Position numbers and translations under genes: made by a program
The notes under the pieces: model-generated
What the model saw: only the letters and a program-made list of their open reading frames with translations
The model's database searches: none
What the model was told of the DNA's origin: nothing
In this document: piece by piece, positions 29,215-38,333 of the stretch
Layout: each line of letters starts with the position of its first letter
Position numbering within the stretch: position 1 is the first letter of the stretch
Assembly (NCBI GenBank): GCA_039802605.1
Contig: JBDRWW010000001.1
Span: 96,001 to 160,000 of the forward strand
From: a candidate division WOR-3 bacterium
GTDB taxonomy: Bacteria; Hydrothermota; Hydrothermia; LBFQ01
Direction: 5' to 3'
Length of the DNA stretch: 64,000 nt

Positions 29215-30904
29215 GGTCTTTAAACCTTCCTAGGATATGCAATCTTATCGGATTCCTCAACTTTTCAAGGGCTTGGGTTTCCAGCTGCCTAACCCTCTCA
29301 CGGGTTAAACCCAACTCCTGCCCAACCTCTTCCAAAGTTCTGGGTTTTTTACCATCAAGTCCAAACCTCAACTCTATAACCTTCCTCTCCCTCGGGGATA
29401 ACATATTTAAAGCTTTCCTCAGCCTTTCCCTTAGGCTTTCAATCTTCAACTCTTCCTCGGCTGATAATGTCTTTTCATCGTATATTATTTCCCCAAGAGA
29501 TGTGTCCTCGTCTTTACCAACCGGTTTATCCATTGATATAGGCTCCTTTGCAACGCTTAAAGCCCTCTCCACTTTACTAATGGGCATTTCAAGGTATTCG
29601 GCGAGTTCTTCAATTGAAGGGGGTCTTCCCTTTTCCTGCAACAGTACCTTTTGTGCCTTGTTTATCTTTGTTATGGTTTCAATCATGTGTATAGGTATCC
29701 TAATAGTCCTTGAATGGTCCGCTACGGCCCTCGTTATGGCTTGCCTTATCCACCAAGTCGCATAAGTTGAAAACTTAAACCCCTTTTTCCAATCATACTT
29801 ATCAATAGCCTTTAAAAGCCCCAGATTACCCTCTTGTATCAAGTCACCAAAGTCCAAACCCCTATTCATATACCTCTTAGCCTCACTTATGACAAGTCTA
29901 ACATTACCTTCCGCCAAGGTATTCCTCGCAAACTCATATTTTTTGTACAGTTTGATAAGTTTATCAGCCGTCTCCTTCGCCTCGGAATATGATTGGTTTA
30001 GTTCCTTTTCAAGCCTTTCAATCCTTGATTTTATACTCTTCTCAAGCGCCTCGTATTCCCATAAAAAGTTCTCCGCACCTATATCTTTAAACACCTCCTT
30101 TTCGTTTTCCAACCTGCTGAGTTCATCGTATAAGGATTTTAACTTATCCACCTTCTTAATATACTCGTTATATATTTCCACGATTTTTGGGAAAACCGGA
30201 CCCATTTCCATAATTTTGTCAAGTATTTCTCTGTAAGCCGTTTCGGATTCTATTTTCTCCTCTTCCGACAACTTATCCCTTTCCAAGAGGTACCTCCTGG
30301 CCATAGGCCACCTTGCTACGAGGTATTCCATACCCTTTGATAACCTCTTTCTTTCTTTTTGGTTTTTTACCCTATTCGTCCAATAACCCGGATCAACCTG
30401 GAATATTTCTTCCGCTTGTACTAAACCCTTTTGGGCAAACTGTACAAGATTCATAAATCTACTCAAACCAAAATATGTTTGCAATAAGGTTTTTGTTATT
30501 TCCGTTCTCGTGGTATCAATCGTTCGAGCCAATTCCAATTCCTCGTTCCTAGATAAAAGCCTCATCTCTGCCACTTCTTTTAAATATATCCTTACCGGGT
30601 CATCCTTGTACTCCTTATCAAGCCTTTCCTCTTCCGCCTGAATTATACTCTCAACCTCCTGCTTCCTCTTCGTCTTCTTCTTCTTGTATGTAGAACTCGT
30701 CAAATCCTTCTCAAACTCTATTCCCTTCTCCATCAGGGCTATCATTACCTGCTCCAAGATTTCGTCATTTTGAACCACATCGGCGGGTAATCTTTTCAGA
30801 AGATCGTCAAATGTAAATACCCCTCCCTTTTCCCTAGCCTCCTCTACGATCTTTTCTATGGCATCCATTATTTCCCTCTTTCTATCCTTAACCTTCCTTG
30901 CCAT
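29201..30904 (-). CDS. rpoD: RNA polymerase primary sigma factor with region 1.1 and a non-conserved region
   Basis: DPVRIYLKE, NVRLVIS.AK.Y.NRGL.F.DLIQEGN.GL, KFSTYATWWIRQAITR, TLEEVG...LTRERVRQ; SD AAGGAGGTG. Confidence 0.96.
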   Translation of the reverse strand: MARKVKDRKREIMDAIEKIVEEAREKGGVFTFDDLLKRLPADVVQNDEILEQVMIALMEKGIEFEKDLTSSTYKKKKTKRKQEVESIIQAEEERLDKEYKDDPVRIYLKEVAEMRLLSRNEELELARTIDTTRTEITKTLLQTYFGLSRFMNLVQFAQKGLVQAEEIFQVDPGYWTNRVKNQKERKRLSKGMEYLVARWPMARRYLLERDKLSEEEKIESETAYREILDKIMEMGPVFPKIVEIYNEYIKKVDKLKSLYDELSRLENEKEVFKDIGAENFLWEYEALEKSIKSRIERLEKELNQSYSEAKETADKLIKLYKKYEFARNTLAEGNVRLVISEAKRYMNRGLDFGDLIQEGNLGLLKAIDKYDWKKGFKFSTYATWWIRQAITRAVADHSRTIRIPIHMIETITKINKAQKVLLQEKGRPPSIEELAEYLEMPISKVERALSVAKEPISMDKPVGKDEDTSLGEIIYDEKTLSAEEELKIESLRERLRKALNMLSPRERKVIELRFGLDGKKPRTLEEVGQELGLTRERVRQLETQALEKLRNPIRLHILGRFKDLEEL

Positions 30905-32451
30905 TATACACCCACCTCCTTTTTAATATTATAAACCTCCAAAAGCGACCTAATATCCCCCTTAGCCCTCTTAACCCTATCTTCTACTTCAATTTGCGTT
31001 AAAATCCTCCTCAAAACCTTAAAAACTTCCTCCCTTTCCATATTTAAAGAATAAACAGAGGAGGCTTCCTCCGATTTTAGTGTTTCAAAAAATTCCGCAA
31101 AATCTTTACCGGAATTTATGTAAGTTTCCAACCTATGCTGCAAAGAGGTTTTAGTGGTTAAACGGTTTAATATATCCATAACCTCCCCTTTGAAACCATA
31201 AGCATACCCAAGAATTAAAATTTTGTCCAAATTTGCCAAAGAAGAACCGGATTTCTTTGTTATCTCCCTTACGGATGACTCCCCTATATTCACCTTTGTA
31301 CCAACCCACTTTTCCAGTTCGCTTAGGTAAAATGTGGCCAAATTTTCATCCGAATTTTTGAGCAAAGAAATGAAATTTTTGGCTTTGTTTAATTTTTCCG
31401 AGAATTTAATGGGATCTGCGGGCTTTTCACCGAGAATAAATTTAAAAGCCGTAATTGGCTCGGGTAGTTTTTTATAATACTGCAAATAATCCGCGGGGTC
31501 CAAACCGTTTTCCAATAATATTACATACACATCTATACCCGCTTTTGCGAGGGCAAATATGGATTTTTCTGCGGATTTCATCCCAGCATCGTCGTTATCG
31601 GGGATAATAACCACTTTTTTCGCAAACCTATAGATTCTTTTGGCGTGCTCCTCGCTCAAATGGGTGCCCATAATACCCACGGTATTTTTATACCCTTCCT
31701 GGTGCATCAGAATAACATCCATATACCCTTCAACCAAATATAAAAAACCATCTTTTCTCGCAAAGGGTTTTGCCCTATCAAAGCCGAATAAAACTTCGGA
31801 TTTTTTGAATATTTTAGTATCCGGGCCGTTTAGGTATTTTGGTTCTCCACCTTCCACAACCCTACCGGCAAAGGAAACCACATTACCGGTAATATCCTTT
31901 ATCGGGAAAATTATTCTACCGTAAAACCTGTCAAATATCTCTTTACCCGTGTTTATAGCGACGCCGCTTGAAAGAATGTCCTCGGAAGAAAAGCCCTTCT
32001 TTATTAAGTGTTTTATAAGTCCATACTTATCGGGGGAAAAGCCTATTTCCCATTCGGCTATACTCGCAGAGTCCAAACCCCTATTTTTAAGGTAATCAAT
32101 AATAAGCGTGTGCTTCATAAGTTGGCTTTTGTAAAACTTCGTGGATTCACGCAAAACCTCATAAATTATAGGCTGTTTGTCATATTGGTAATTGCTAATA
32201 TCAAAACCGAATTCCTCTGCCAATATGGATAATGCTTCCCTCCTCGTTATTCCCTCAATTTCGGATAAGAAAGTTATCGCGTTCCCCGAAGCCCCACATC
32301 CAAAACAGTGATAAACCCCTTTATCGGGATCAACATAAAAACTGGGGTTTTTTTCCTTGTGAAACGGGCATAAACCTACATACTGGGATCCCACCCTTTT
32401 CAGGCTAACATATTTGCTAACGACTTTTATTATATCAACCTTCTCTAACAC
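30904..32451 (-). CDS. dnaG: DNA primase
   Basis: CPFH...CFGC zinc finger, FYGRIIFPI, PKYLN, EGYMD, DND TOPRIM motif; start set to GTG 32451 (track: 32460). Confidence 0.93.
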   Translation of the reverse strand: MLEKVDIIKVVSKYVSLKRVGSQYVGLCPFHKEKNPSFYVDPDKGVYHCFGCGASGNAITFLSEIEGITRREALSILAEEFGFDISNYQYDKQPIIYEVLRESTKFYKSQLMKHTLIIDYLKNRGLDSASIAEWEIGFSPDKYGLIKHLIKKGFSSEDILSSGVAINTGKEIFDRFYGRIIFPIKDITGNVVSFAGRVVEGGEPKYLNGPDTKIFKKSEVLFGFDRAKPFARKDGFLYLVEGYMDVILMHQEGYKNTVGIMGTHLSEEHAKRIYRFAKKVVIIPDNDDAGMKSAEKSIFALAKAGIDVYVILLENGLDPADYLQYYKKLPEPITAFKFILGEKPADPIKFSEKLNKAKNFISLLKNSDENLATFYLSELEKWVGTKVNIGESSVREITKKSGSSLANLDKILILGYAYGFKGEVMDILNRLTTKTSLQHRLETYINSGKDFAEFFETLKSEEASSVYSLNMEREEVFKVLRRILTQIEVEDRVKRAKGDIRSLLEVYNIKKEVGV

Positions 32452-32459
32452 TCCGCTCA

Positions 32460-32488
32460 ATAATGCCTTAAAATATATGAAGTGTCAA
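32460..32488 (-). promoter_or_regulatory. dnaG promoter, the only canonical -35 noticed in front of a gene
   Basis: TTGACA (32488-32483), 17 nt, CATTAT (32465-32460), 8 nt, GTG 32451. Confidence 0.55.
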
Positions 32489-32499
32489 CTAATAAGGGT

Positions 32500-32757
32500 T
32501 TATGCCCCTTTTCCGTTCTGCCCCATCCTGCTCTTTAAATCTACTATTACCTCGTTAAACGCGTCCTCAAATTTCAGTATATCTTCCTCAAATACTATGA
32601 CCCTTGTCCTCTTAATGGAGCCATCTTTTTCCTTTCTCTTTTCCGATATGGCTAGATATAGATTTCCCTTCTTGTTTTGCTTAACGTCTATGAAATATAC
32701 CCTTCTTCCAGCCTTAACCCTTTTGCTATACAGAGAATCATCTTTCCTCTGTTCCAT
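32500..32757 (-). CDS. PUR-domain ssDNA/RNA-binding protein (DUF3276 / Pur-alpha-like)
   Basis: [27 protein letters not shown]...R.RV.VFEED...F single PUR repeat; overlaps the recA 3' end. Confidence 0.82.
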   Translation of the reverse strand: MEQRKDDSLYSKRVKAGRRVYFIDVKQNKKGNLYLAISEKRKEKDGSIKRTRVIVFEEDILKFEDAFNEVIVDLKSRMGQNGKGA

Positions 32758-33772
32758 CTTTCACCCCCTTATCTTTTCTACCCAAAATGTTATCCTCCAA
32801 GTCATTAACGATTTTTGGATTTTCTTTCAAAAACTCAATAGCCTTATCCCTTCCCTGACCCAGCTGTATATCCCCATAAGAATACCAAGACCCAGACCTA
32901 CTTATTAGACCCAACTTTAGGCCAAGGTCAAACAATTCTCCAAGCCTATTAACACCTTTACCGTATATAAGTTCAAATTGGGCTTCCCTATAAGGTGGTG
33001 CCACTTTATTCTTTACAACCTTTGCCTTTATGACATGCCCTATTATCTCGTTATCCCTATCCTTTATAGTATCTCCCCTTTTAACCTCAACCCTAACCGA
33101 CGCATAAAACTTTAGCGCCCTTCCACCGGGAGTGGTTTCGGGATTTCCAAATATTGTTCCTATCTTTTCCCTAACCTGATTTATAAATATAACGACAGCA
33201 CCGCTTTTTGAAATATCCGACGCCAACATCCTTAACCCCTTAGACATCATTCTGGCTTGAAGACCCATTTGTTGATCCTCTATATCACCTTCCAATTCGG
33301 CCTTAGGAACCAAAGCTGCAACGGAGTCAATTACCGCTATATCAATCGCACCGGATCTTATGAACCTCGCCACAATATCCAAAGCCTGCTCACCATAATC
33401 CGGTTGGCTTATCACAAAATTATTCCTTGTATCTATACCCAATGCCCTTGCATAACTTTCACTAAAAGCGTGTTCGGCATCCACAAAGAGGGCGGTACCT
33501 CCGAGTTTTTGAGCCTCGGCAATTGCCAAAAGGGCCAAGGTGGTTTTTCCGGACGATTCCGCACCGTAAATTTCCACTATTCTACCCCTCGGATATCCAC
33601 CAACCCCCAAGGCCAAATCTAAACTTATAGAACCCGAAGGTATTGCTTCTATCCTTTTTTGCGATCCATCGCTTAGGGTCATTATAGACCCAGGACCGTA
33701 TGTCTTTTCAATTTCCTTTATGGTGGCTTCTAAGATTTTTTCTTTTTCCTTTCCTTCCTTCCCCTTTGCCAT
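32738..33772 (-). CDS. recA: Recombinase A
   Basis: [56 protein letters not shown]; start after SD AGGGGG. Confidence 0.98.
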   Translation of the reverse strand: MAKGKEGKEKEKILEATIKEIEKTYGPGSIMTLSDGSQKRIEAIPSGSISLDLALGVGGYPRGRIVEIYGAESSGKTTLALLAIAEAQKLGGTALFVDAEHAFSESYARALGIDTRNNFVISQPDYGEQALDIVARFIRSGAIDIAVIDSVAALVPKAELEGDIEDQQMGLQARMMSKGLRMLASDISKSGAVVIFINQVREKIGTIFGNPETTPGGRALKFYASVRVEVKRGDTIKDRDNEIIGHVIKAKVVKNKVAPPYREAQFELIYGKGVNRLGELFDLGLKLGLISRSGSWYSYGDIQLGQGRDKAIEFLKENPKIVNDLEDNILGRKDKGVKDGTEER

Positions 33773-33797
33773 CATAACCCCCTTTTTGCAAGAATTT

Positions 33798-34041
33798 ATT
33801 TTAAGGGTGAAAATCACATAAAAGGGATTCCTCAGACCGGTATTTGCGTTTTAAATTTAGTGTATATTTTTCACTTGATTTTATAAATGATAATATAAAG
33901 CAATTTATAATTTTTTTAGTTTGAAGCAATAACGCAATTATTACGGTTATTTTGCTAATTTATTTGATAATTTCGCAAATAAATTATAAAATTTTTGGTA
34001 TTCATATATCGCTTGCGAATCTGTGAAAACATCCGTATAAT
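33798..34041. promoter_or_regulatory. AT-rich divergent control region recA / murB-ftsA-ftsZ-ftsX with an 11-bp inverted repeat
   Basis: recA -10 CACCCT-TAAAAT (33809-33798); murB -10 TATAAT (34036-34041); TAATTTATTTG (33956-33966), 9 nt, CAAATAAATTA (33976-33986). Confidence 0.6.
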
Positions 34042-34053
34042 TCCCAGATAAGT

Positions 34054-34905
34054 ATGAAAGTTTTGGAAAATGTACCACTAAGTCTCTATACGACTTTTCG
34101 TTTGGGCGGCCCGGCGAGGTATTTGATTGAATGTTATAGCCTTGAGGATGTAAAGAATGCTATTAAATTTGCCCTCGATAAAAACCTACCTATACTCCCC
34201 TTAGGTGCCGGTTCAGATATTTTGGTTTCGGATAGCGGATTCAACGGTGTTGTTATAAGACTTGTGCATTTGAGGGGACAAAGGTTTCAAGGTGAGGAGG
34301 TATATTTGATGGCAGGAGAACCTTTACCAAAAATAGCAAAAATAACAGCCGATATGGGGCTTTCGGGTTTTGAATATTTGGCCGGTATACCCGGCACGGT
34401 GGGTGGCGGAATAGCAAAAAATGCAGGGGCACACGGGCACGACATATCAGAAATACTAAAAGAGGTTTATGTTGTAAATTTAAATGGAGAAATTATTACA
34501 CTTAAACCAAAGGATATAAACCTCCGTTATCGGGAATCGGATGTATTAAATTATGGGATAGTGGTAGAAGGTAGATTCGCGCTTAAATTTGACGATCCAA
34601 GAGTTATAAACGAAAGGCTAAATCGGTTTTTAAAGTATAGGGAGGATACCCAACCTTGGAAAACCAGAACCGCAGGTTGTATGTTCAAAAATCCTCCGGG
34701 AAATTATGCGGGTAAGCTTATAGAAGAGGCCGGTTTAAAGGGGTTCCGTATAGGAGGTGTAAAGGTTTCCGAGAAACATGCAAACTTTTTTGAAAACATA
34801 GGCGGAACGGCCGATGATGCCTTAAGGCTTATAGAGTATGTTCAAAAACGCGTTTATGAGGTTTTTAAAGTAGAATTGGAGGTGGAAATTGTTTTGGTCA
34901 AATAA
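34054..34905 (+). CDS. murB: UDP-N-acetylenolpyruvoylglucosamine reductase
   Basis: TTFRLGGPA, GIPGTVGG...NAGA, YRES, QP....AGCMFKNP, SEKHANF, LEVE. Confidence 0.95.
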   Translation: MKVLENVPLSLYTTFRLGGPARYLIECYSLEDVKNAIKFALDKNLPILPLGAGSDILVSDSGFNGVVIRLVHLRGQRFQGEEVYLMAGEPLPKIAKITADMGLSGFEYLAGIPGTVGGGIAKNAGAHGHDISEILKEVYVVNLNGEIITLKPKDINLRYRESDVLNYGIVVEGRFALKFDDPRVINERLNRFLKYREDTQPWKTRTAGCMFKNPPGNYAGKLIEEAGLKGFRIGGVKVSEKHANFFENIGGTADDALRLIEYVQKRVYEVFKVELEVEIVLVK

Positions 34906-36046
34906 TGGAAACGGATATGAAGAGAAGTTTTTAATAATAGATGTTGGGGCTTATGAGATAAAGGGCAAAGTTTGGGGTGAGAGTATGAACCCTATTATAG
35001 TGGATAGTAAGGGTTTTAAAGGATACATCACAAACCCCATAAGTTTAGGAAATTCAATACATAAAGTTTTGGAAGGAATACAATCCTCTTACTCCCAAGG
35101 AATTACGAGATTATATCCGTTTTTTGCGGTATCCTTTAAAGATGTGGAATTTTTACAAGTTGAAGAAAGTATCCCATGTTCTCCCAAGGTTAAAAGGGAA
35201 CATATAAACAAGATTAAGGGTGTATTGGAAAACAAGATAAGGAACGAATCTCAAAAGGAAATTTTGTTTTCCGAAATTACGAATTATAAAATCCTTAATC
35301 CCGATAACAAGGAAATGGTAGTTGAAAATCCCGAAGGTTTAAGCGCAAGATCTATAACCGCACGAATGTCTTTCCTCTTAATACCAAAGGGTATATTTTC
35401 CGACTTCTTGGAAATCGTTAAAAATGTGTGTTCAGATTTTGGACTTAGAAAACCAACCGTGATGGACTCAACCATAGCTATGGCTTATGGGTTAAAAGAA
35501 AGATTTGAAAACTTTGACCTATTGGATATGGGTTATACATCAACCCGCTTGGTTAAAATAAGGGGAGGAAGACTGGTCAGCTTTGAAATTATAAATTTCG
35601 GAGGGGTTAATATTCACTCATCCGTTGAATCCTTTGGCATCCCGAATTACGAAGTTAAAAATGTTTTACACGATATATTCGTCAGAAACAAACCCAAAAT
35701 AATCGTAGGCCCCAACAATTCGGAAATATATTCCAATGTGATAGAACAGCAGATAGAAAACATTTTAAGGAATGCCTTTGGAAAGCTATCCTTTTCGGCA
35801 ATGCCGATATTTGCGGGTGGTTTTTCCAATATGGGAGATAGGTTCAAGGCTCTAATAAGGATTGCTACGAGCCCAAATATTCTCTTCTTGAACGATAACC
35901 CTTTGGATGCCATGGGTAAGGGGATCTTAAACTCCATATATGGGAAAGTTCAAACCAAGGGGATTTCTTTTACAAGAAAGGGGTCTAATTTTTTTGATAG
36001 TTTAATGGATTTCATAAAAAGGGAAGTTTTGGGAAAGGAGGATTAA
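34889..36046 (+). CDS. ftsA: Divergent FtsA-like actin-fold cell division protein
   Basis: IIDVG phosphate-1, LLDMGY..T phosphate-2, FAGG adenosine motif, NPEGL 1C-domain motif, C-terminal amphipathic helix (NFFDSLMDFIKRE); lies directly before ftsZ. Confidence 0.7.
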   Translation: MFWSNNGNGYEEKFLIIDVGAYEIKGKVWGESMNPIIVDSKGFKGYITNPISLGNSIHKVLEGIQSSYSQGITRLYPFFAVSFKDVEFLQVEESIPCSPKVKREHINKIKGVLENKIRNESQKEILFSEITNYKILNPDNKEMVVENPEGLSARSITARMSFLLIPKGIFSDFLEIVKNVCSDFGLRKPTVMDSTIAMAYGLKERFENFDLLDMGYTSTRLVKIRGGRLVSFEIINFGGVNIHSSVESFGIPNYEVKNVLHDIFVRNKPKIIVGPNNSEIYSNVIEQQIENILRNAFGKLSFSAMPIFAGGFSNMGDRFKALIRIATSPNILFLNDNPLDAMGKGILNSIYGKVQTKGISFTRKGSNFFDSLMDFIKREVLGKED

Positions 36047-36047
36047 A

Positions 36048-37100
36048 ATGGAAACAAAAATCCTGGTTTTGGGAGTTGGTGGTGCCGGATGCAACATAGC
36101 AGATAAGGTATATACGAGTATAAAATCTTACCCCTATGTTAATAATGTAAGGGTGGTGGCTATAAACACGGACAAACAATCACTTATTAACTTGAAATCC
36201 GTAAAAGACTATATAGTTTTGGGTAAGAAGGGTAGGGGTGCGGGCTCTAATCCCGAAAAGGGTAAAGAATTGGCATTGGAATCTTGGAAAGAGGGCCAAC
36301 TTGAAAGGTTAAAGTTTGACGACACGGTGGATTACGATCTTATAATCGTCATAGCGGGTCTTGGCGGTGGAACGGGAACGGGAGCGGGTCCAGTTATTGT
36401 GGAATATCTAAAACAAACCTTTGTTGAAGCGGTTGTGTTATCCATCCTTATTTTGCCGGATACCGATGAATACGGTGAAAAAACCGAAATGGCCCACAAG
36501 GGGCTTTCAGAGTTTTACAAAATTAGCGATGCGCTAATGCTAATAGATAACGCCGAAATAGTTGATATGAGTAAACCTTTGAGTGAAGCTTACGAACCCG
36601 CAAACGAATTCACAAAAAATGTGGTTATAACGATTTTGGACATTTGCGAAAGATACGGTAATCCAAACATTGATTTTGCGGATGTTCAAAACGCCCTTAA
36701 CCAAGCAAAGAATTCTTCAAAATTCGTATTTATAACATCTTTGGAGTTCCCAAGTAAGGATATGATAACGGATTCAGAAATAAATACCCGCCTTTTAAAT
36801 TTAAAGAGGAAAACCGCCGTTGCGAGCTTCAAGGGAGCCCCTTCCCTTATAGTGGGTGCCTTTCATAACGGTGATTTACCATCGCAAAAGGTTAAAGATT
36901 TTGTGGAGTTTTTAAAAAGGGAAATAATAACGGGTGGAAGGTCGCCGTTTGTAAAAAGGGGAGATTACAAAACGGAGGATAAGATAATAAGGTTTGGTAT
37001 TATAATAGGAGGTGTTGAAATAGATTCAAGAATACAGAGGATTTTATCAACAACTTATCCCGATAGGTTATTAGAGGAAGTATATGAAGGAGACTCTTAG
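36048..37100 (+). CDS. ftsZ: Divergent cell division GTPase FtsZ
   Basis: GVGGAGCN, AINTD, GAGSNPE.G, tubulin signature GGGTGTG, T7 loop NIDFADV; SD AAGGAGG. Confidence 0.88.
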   Translation: METKILVLGVGGAGCNIADKVYTSIKSYPYVNNVRVVAINTDKQSLINLKSVKDYIVLGKKGRGAGSNPEKGKELALESWKEGQLERLKFDDTVDYDLIIVIAGLGGGTGTGAGPVIVEYLKQTFVEAVVLSILILPDTDEYGEKTEMAHKGLSEFYKISDALMLIDNAEIVDMSKPLSEAYEPANEFTKNVVITILDICERYGNPNIDFADVQNALNQAKNSSKFVFITSLEFPSKDMITDSEINTRLLNLKRKTAVASFKGAPSLIVGAFHNGDLPSQKVKDFVEFLKREIITGGRSPFVKRGDYKTEDKIIRFGIIIGGVEIDSRIQRILSTTYPDRLLEEVYEGDS

Positions 37101-37914
37101 AGCAATTAAGGTTGGATCTTACAGGAGCATATTTACGATAATAGGCATTTCCCTCTCACTGCTATCCCTTTTTATACTTTCAAATCTCCTAATGGTATCT
37201 TATGGAATATACAGAAATGTTAGGGAAGGTATAAGATTTGAAATATTTCCCGATGGCGATCCGGAAGATGCTGTAAAGAAATTAAGACTTTTGGGCGGTA
37301 TCAAAAGTGTAGAAATGGTTTCAGGGGAAAAGGCTCGTAAGGAGTTTTTAAAATACTATCCGGATTTTGAGAGATTTTTAGAAGACTTGGGGGACGATAT
37401 ATTTTATACCATAATAAGGGTATATCCAAGAAATCATTGGAAAGAACCAGAATTCTTAGATATGCTATACGAAAAGATAAAATCCATAAAAGGGGTTTCG
37501 GGTGTGTATTATGGGAAGAGCTGGCTATCATCCGCGGATGCTTTCTTTAAAACCATTTTGAGCCTTACCGTCGGCGTGATAGTAATTACTATCCTTATAA
37601 CCCTTTCAATCTCCTTTTACACGGTTAGGTTTGTTGTCTCCCATAGAAAAAACTATGTGGATATTTTGAGATTATCGGGTGTATCGCCCTTTAAGCTCAG
37701 ATATCCCTATATACTATTATCAATACTGTATGCCACGATTTCTTGGGTTATCGCATCCCTAATTTCTATATACATCCTACAAAACCTAAGCCTATTAACG
37801 AAATACAAAACCGAAAACCTGCTTTTGTTTATAATCTCATTAATAGTGGTTGTTATAACCTGCGCCTTGGGATCCATAAGGGCCCTCAGGGATATAGAGA
37901 TGGGAATATATTAA
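37084..37914 (+). CDS. ftsX: FtsX-like permease
   Basis: One TM, periplasmic loop (V..VS.E.A..EF; IKGVSGV.YG..W), three TM with I..LRL.G motif. Confidence 0.72.
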   Translation: MKETLRAIKVGSYRSIFTIIGISLSLLSLFILSNLLMVSYGIYRNVREGIRFEIFPDGDPEDAVKKLRLLGGIKSVEMVSGEKARKEFLKYYPDFERFLEDLGDDIFYTIIRVYPRNHWKEPEFLDMLYEKIKSIKGVSGVYYGKSWLSSADAFFKTILSLTVGVIVITILITLSISFYTVRFVVSHRKNYVDILRLSGVSPFKLRYPYILLSILYATISWVIASLISIYILQNLSLLTKYKTENLLLFIISLIVVVITCALGSIRALRDIEMGIY

Positions 37915-38332
37915 TGCCTTCAACACTTAAAAGAAATCGCTTTATATCCAAACCCGCGGAAAACCCACCCAAACCGTTTTTGGATATTACCCTATGGCAG
38001 GGAATTAATATTAAATGTCTGTTTTTGGAAAGGGCATAGCCCACGAATCTCGGATGTAAGTTTAATACCTTTGCGATTTCTCCGTATGTCATAACCTTAC
38101 CAAACCCCAAGTTTTTGTATATATATTCCAAAACAAGCCTTACCTTATTAGGATATAAGGATAGGTCGGGTTCAAAGGAGAAACTTTTCCTCCTTCCTTT
38201 CAAATATTCGACTATTTCCCGCAACAACCCTTCACACTCTTCCCCCAAAAGGCTTTCGAATCCTATGTATATTATTTTGCCCTTTTTTATGTAAGCATAT
38301 AAGGGTTTATTTAGGATTTTTGGATGGATCAA
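37886..38332 (-). CDS. ogt: Methylated-DNA--protein-cysteine methyltransferase
   Basis: G.V.TYGEIA, R.VG.AL..N, active-site IPCHRV, GLGGFS.G...K..LL..EG. Confidence 0.9.
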   Translation of the reverse strand: MIHPKILNKPLYAYIKKGKIIYIGFESLLGEECEGLLREIVEYLKGRRKSFSFEPDLSLYPNKVRLVLEYIYKNLGFGKVMTYGEIAKVLNLHPRFVGYALSKNRHLILIPCHRVISKNGLGGFSAGLDIKRFLLSVEGINIFPSLYP

Positions 38333-38333
38333 A

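Noticed and set aside
32463..32484. Plus-strand ATGCCT-TAAAAT as an antisense promoter into the PUR and recA genes
   Set aside because: It lies inside the AT-rich dnaG promoter spacer and leads only to a tiny ORF; chance occurrence is likely
33810..34035. oriC or dif site
   Set aside because: No cluster of DnaA boxes and no dnaA nearby; the 11-9-11 palindrome does not fit the 11-6-11 dif layout or the XerD arm consensus. Kept only as a regulatory candidate.
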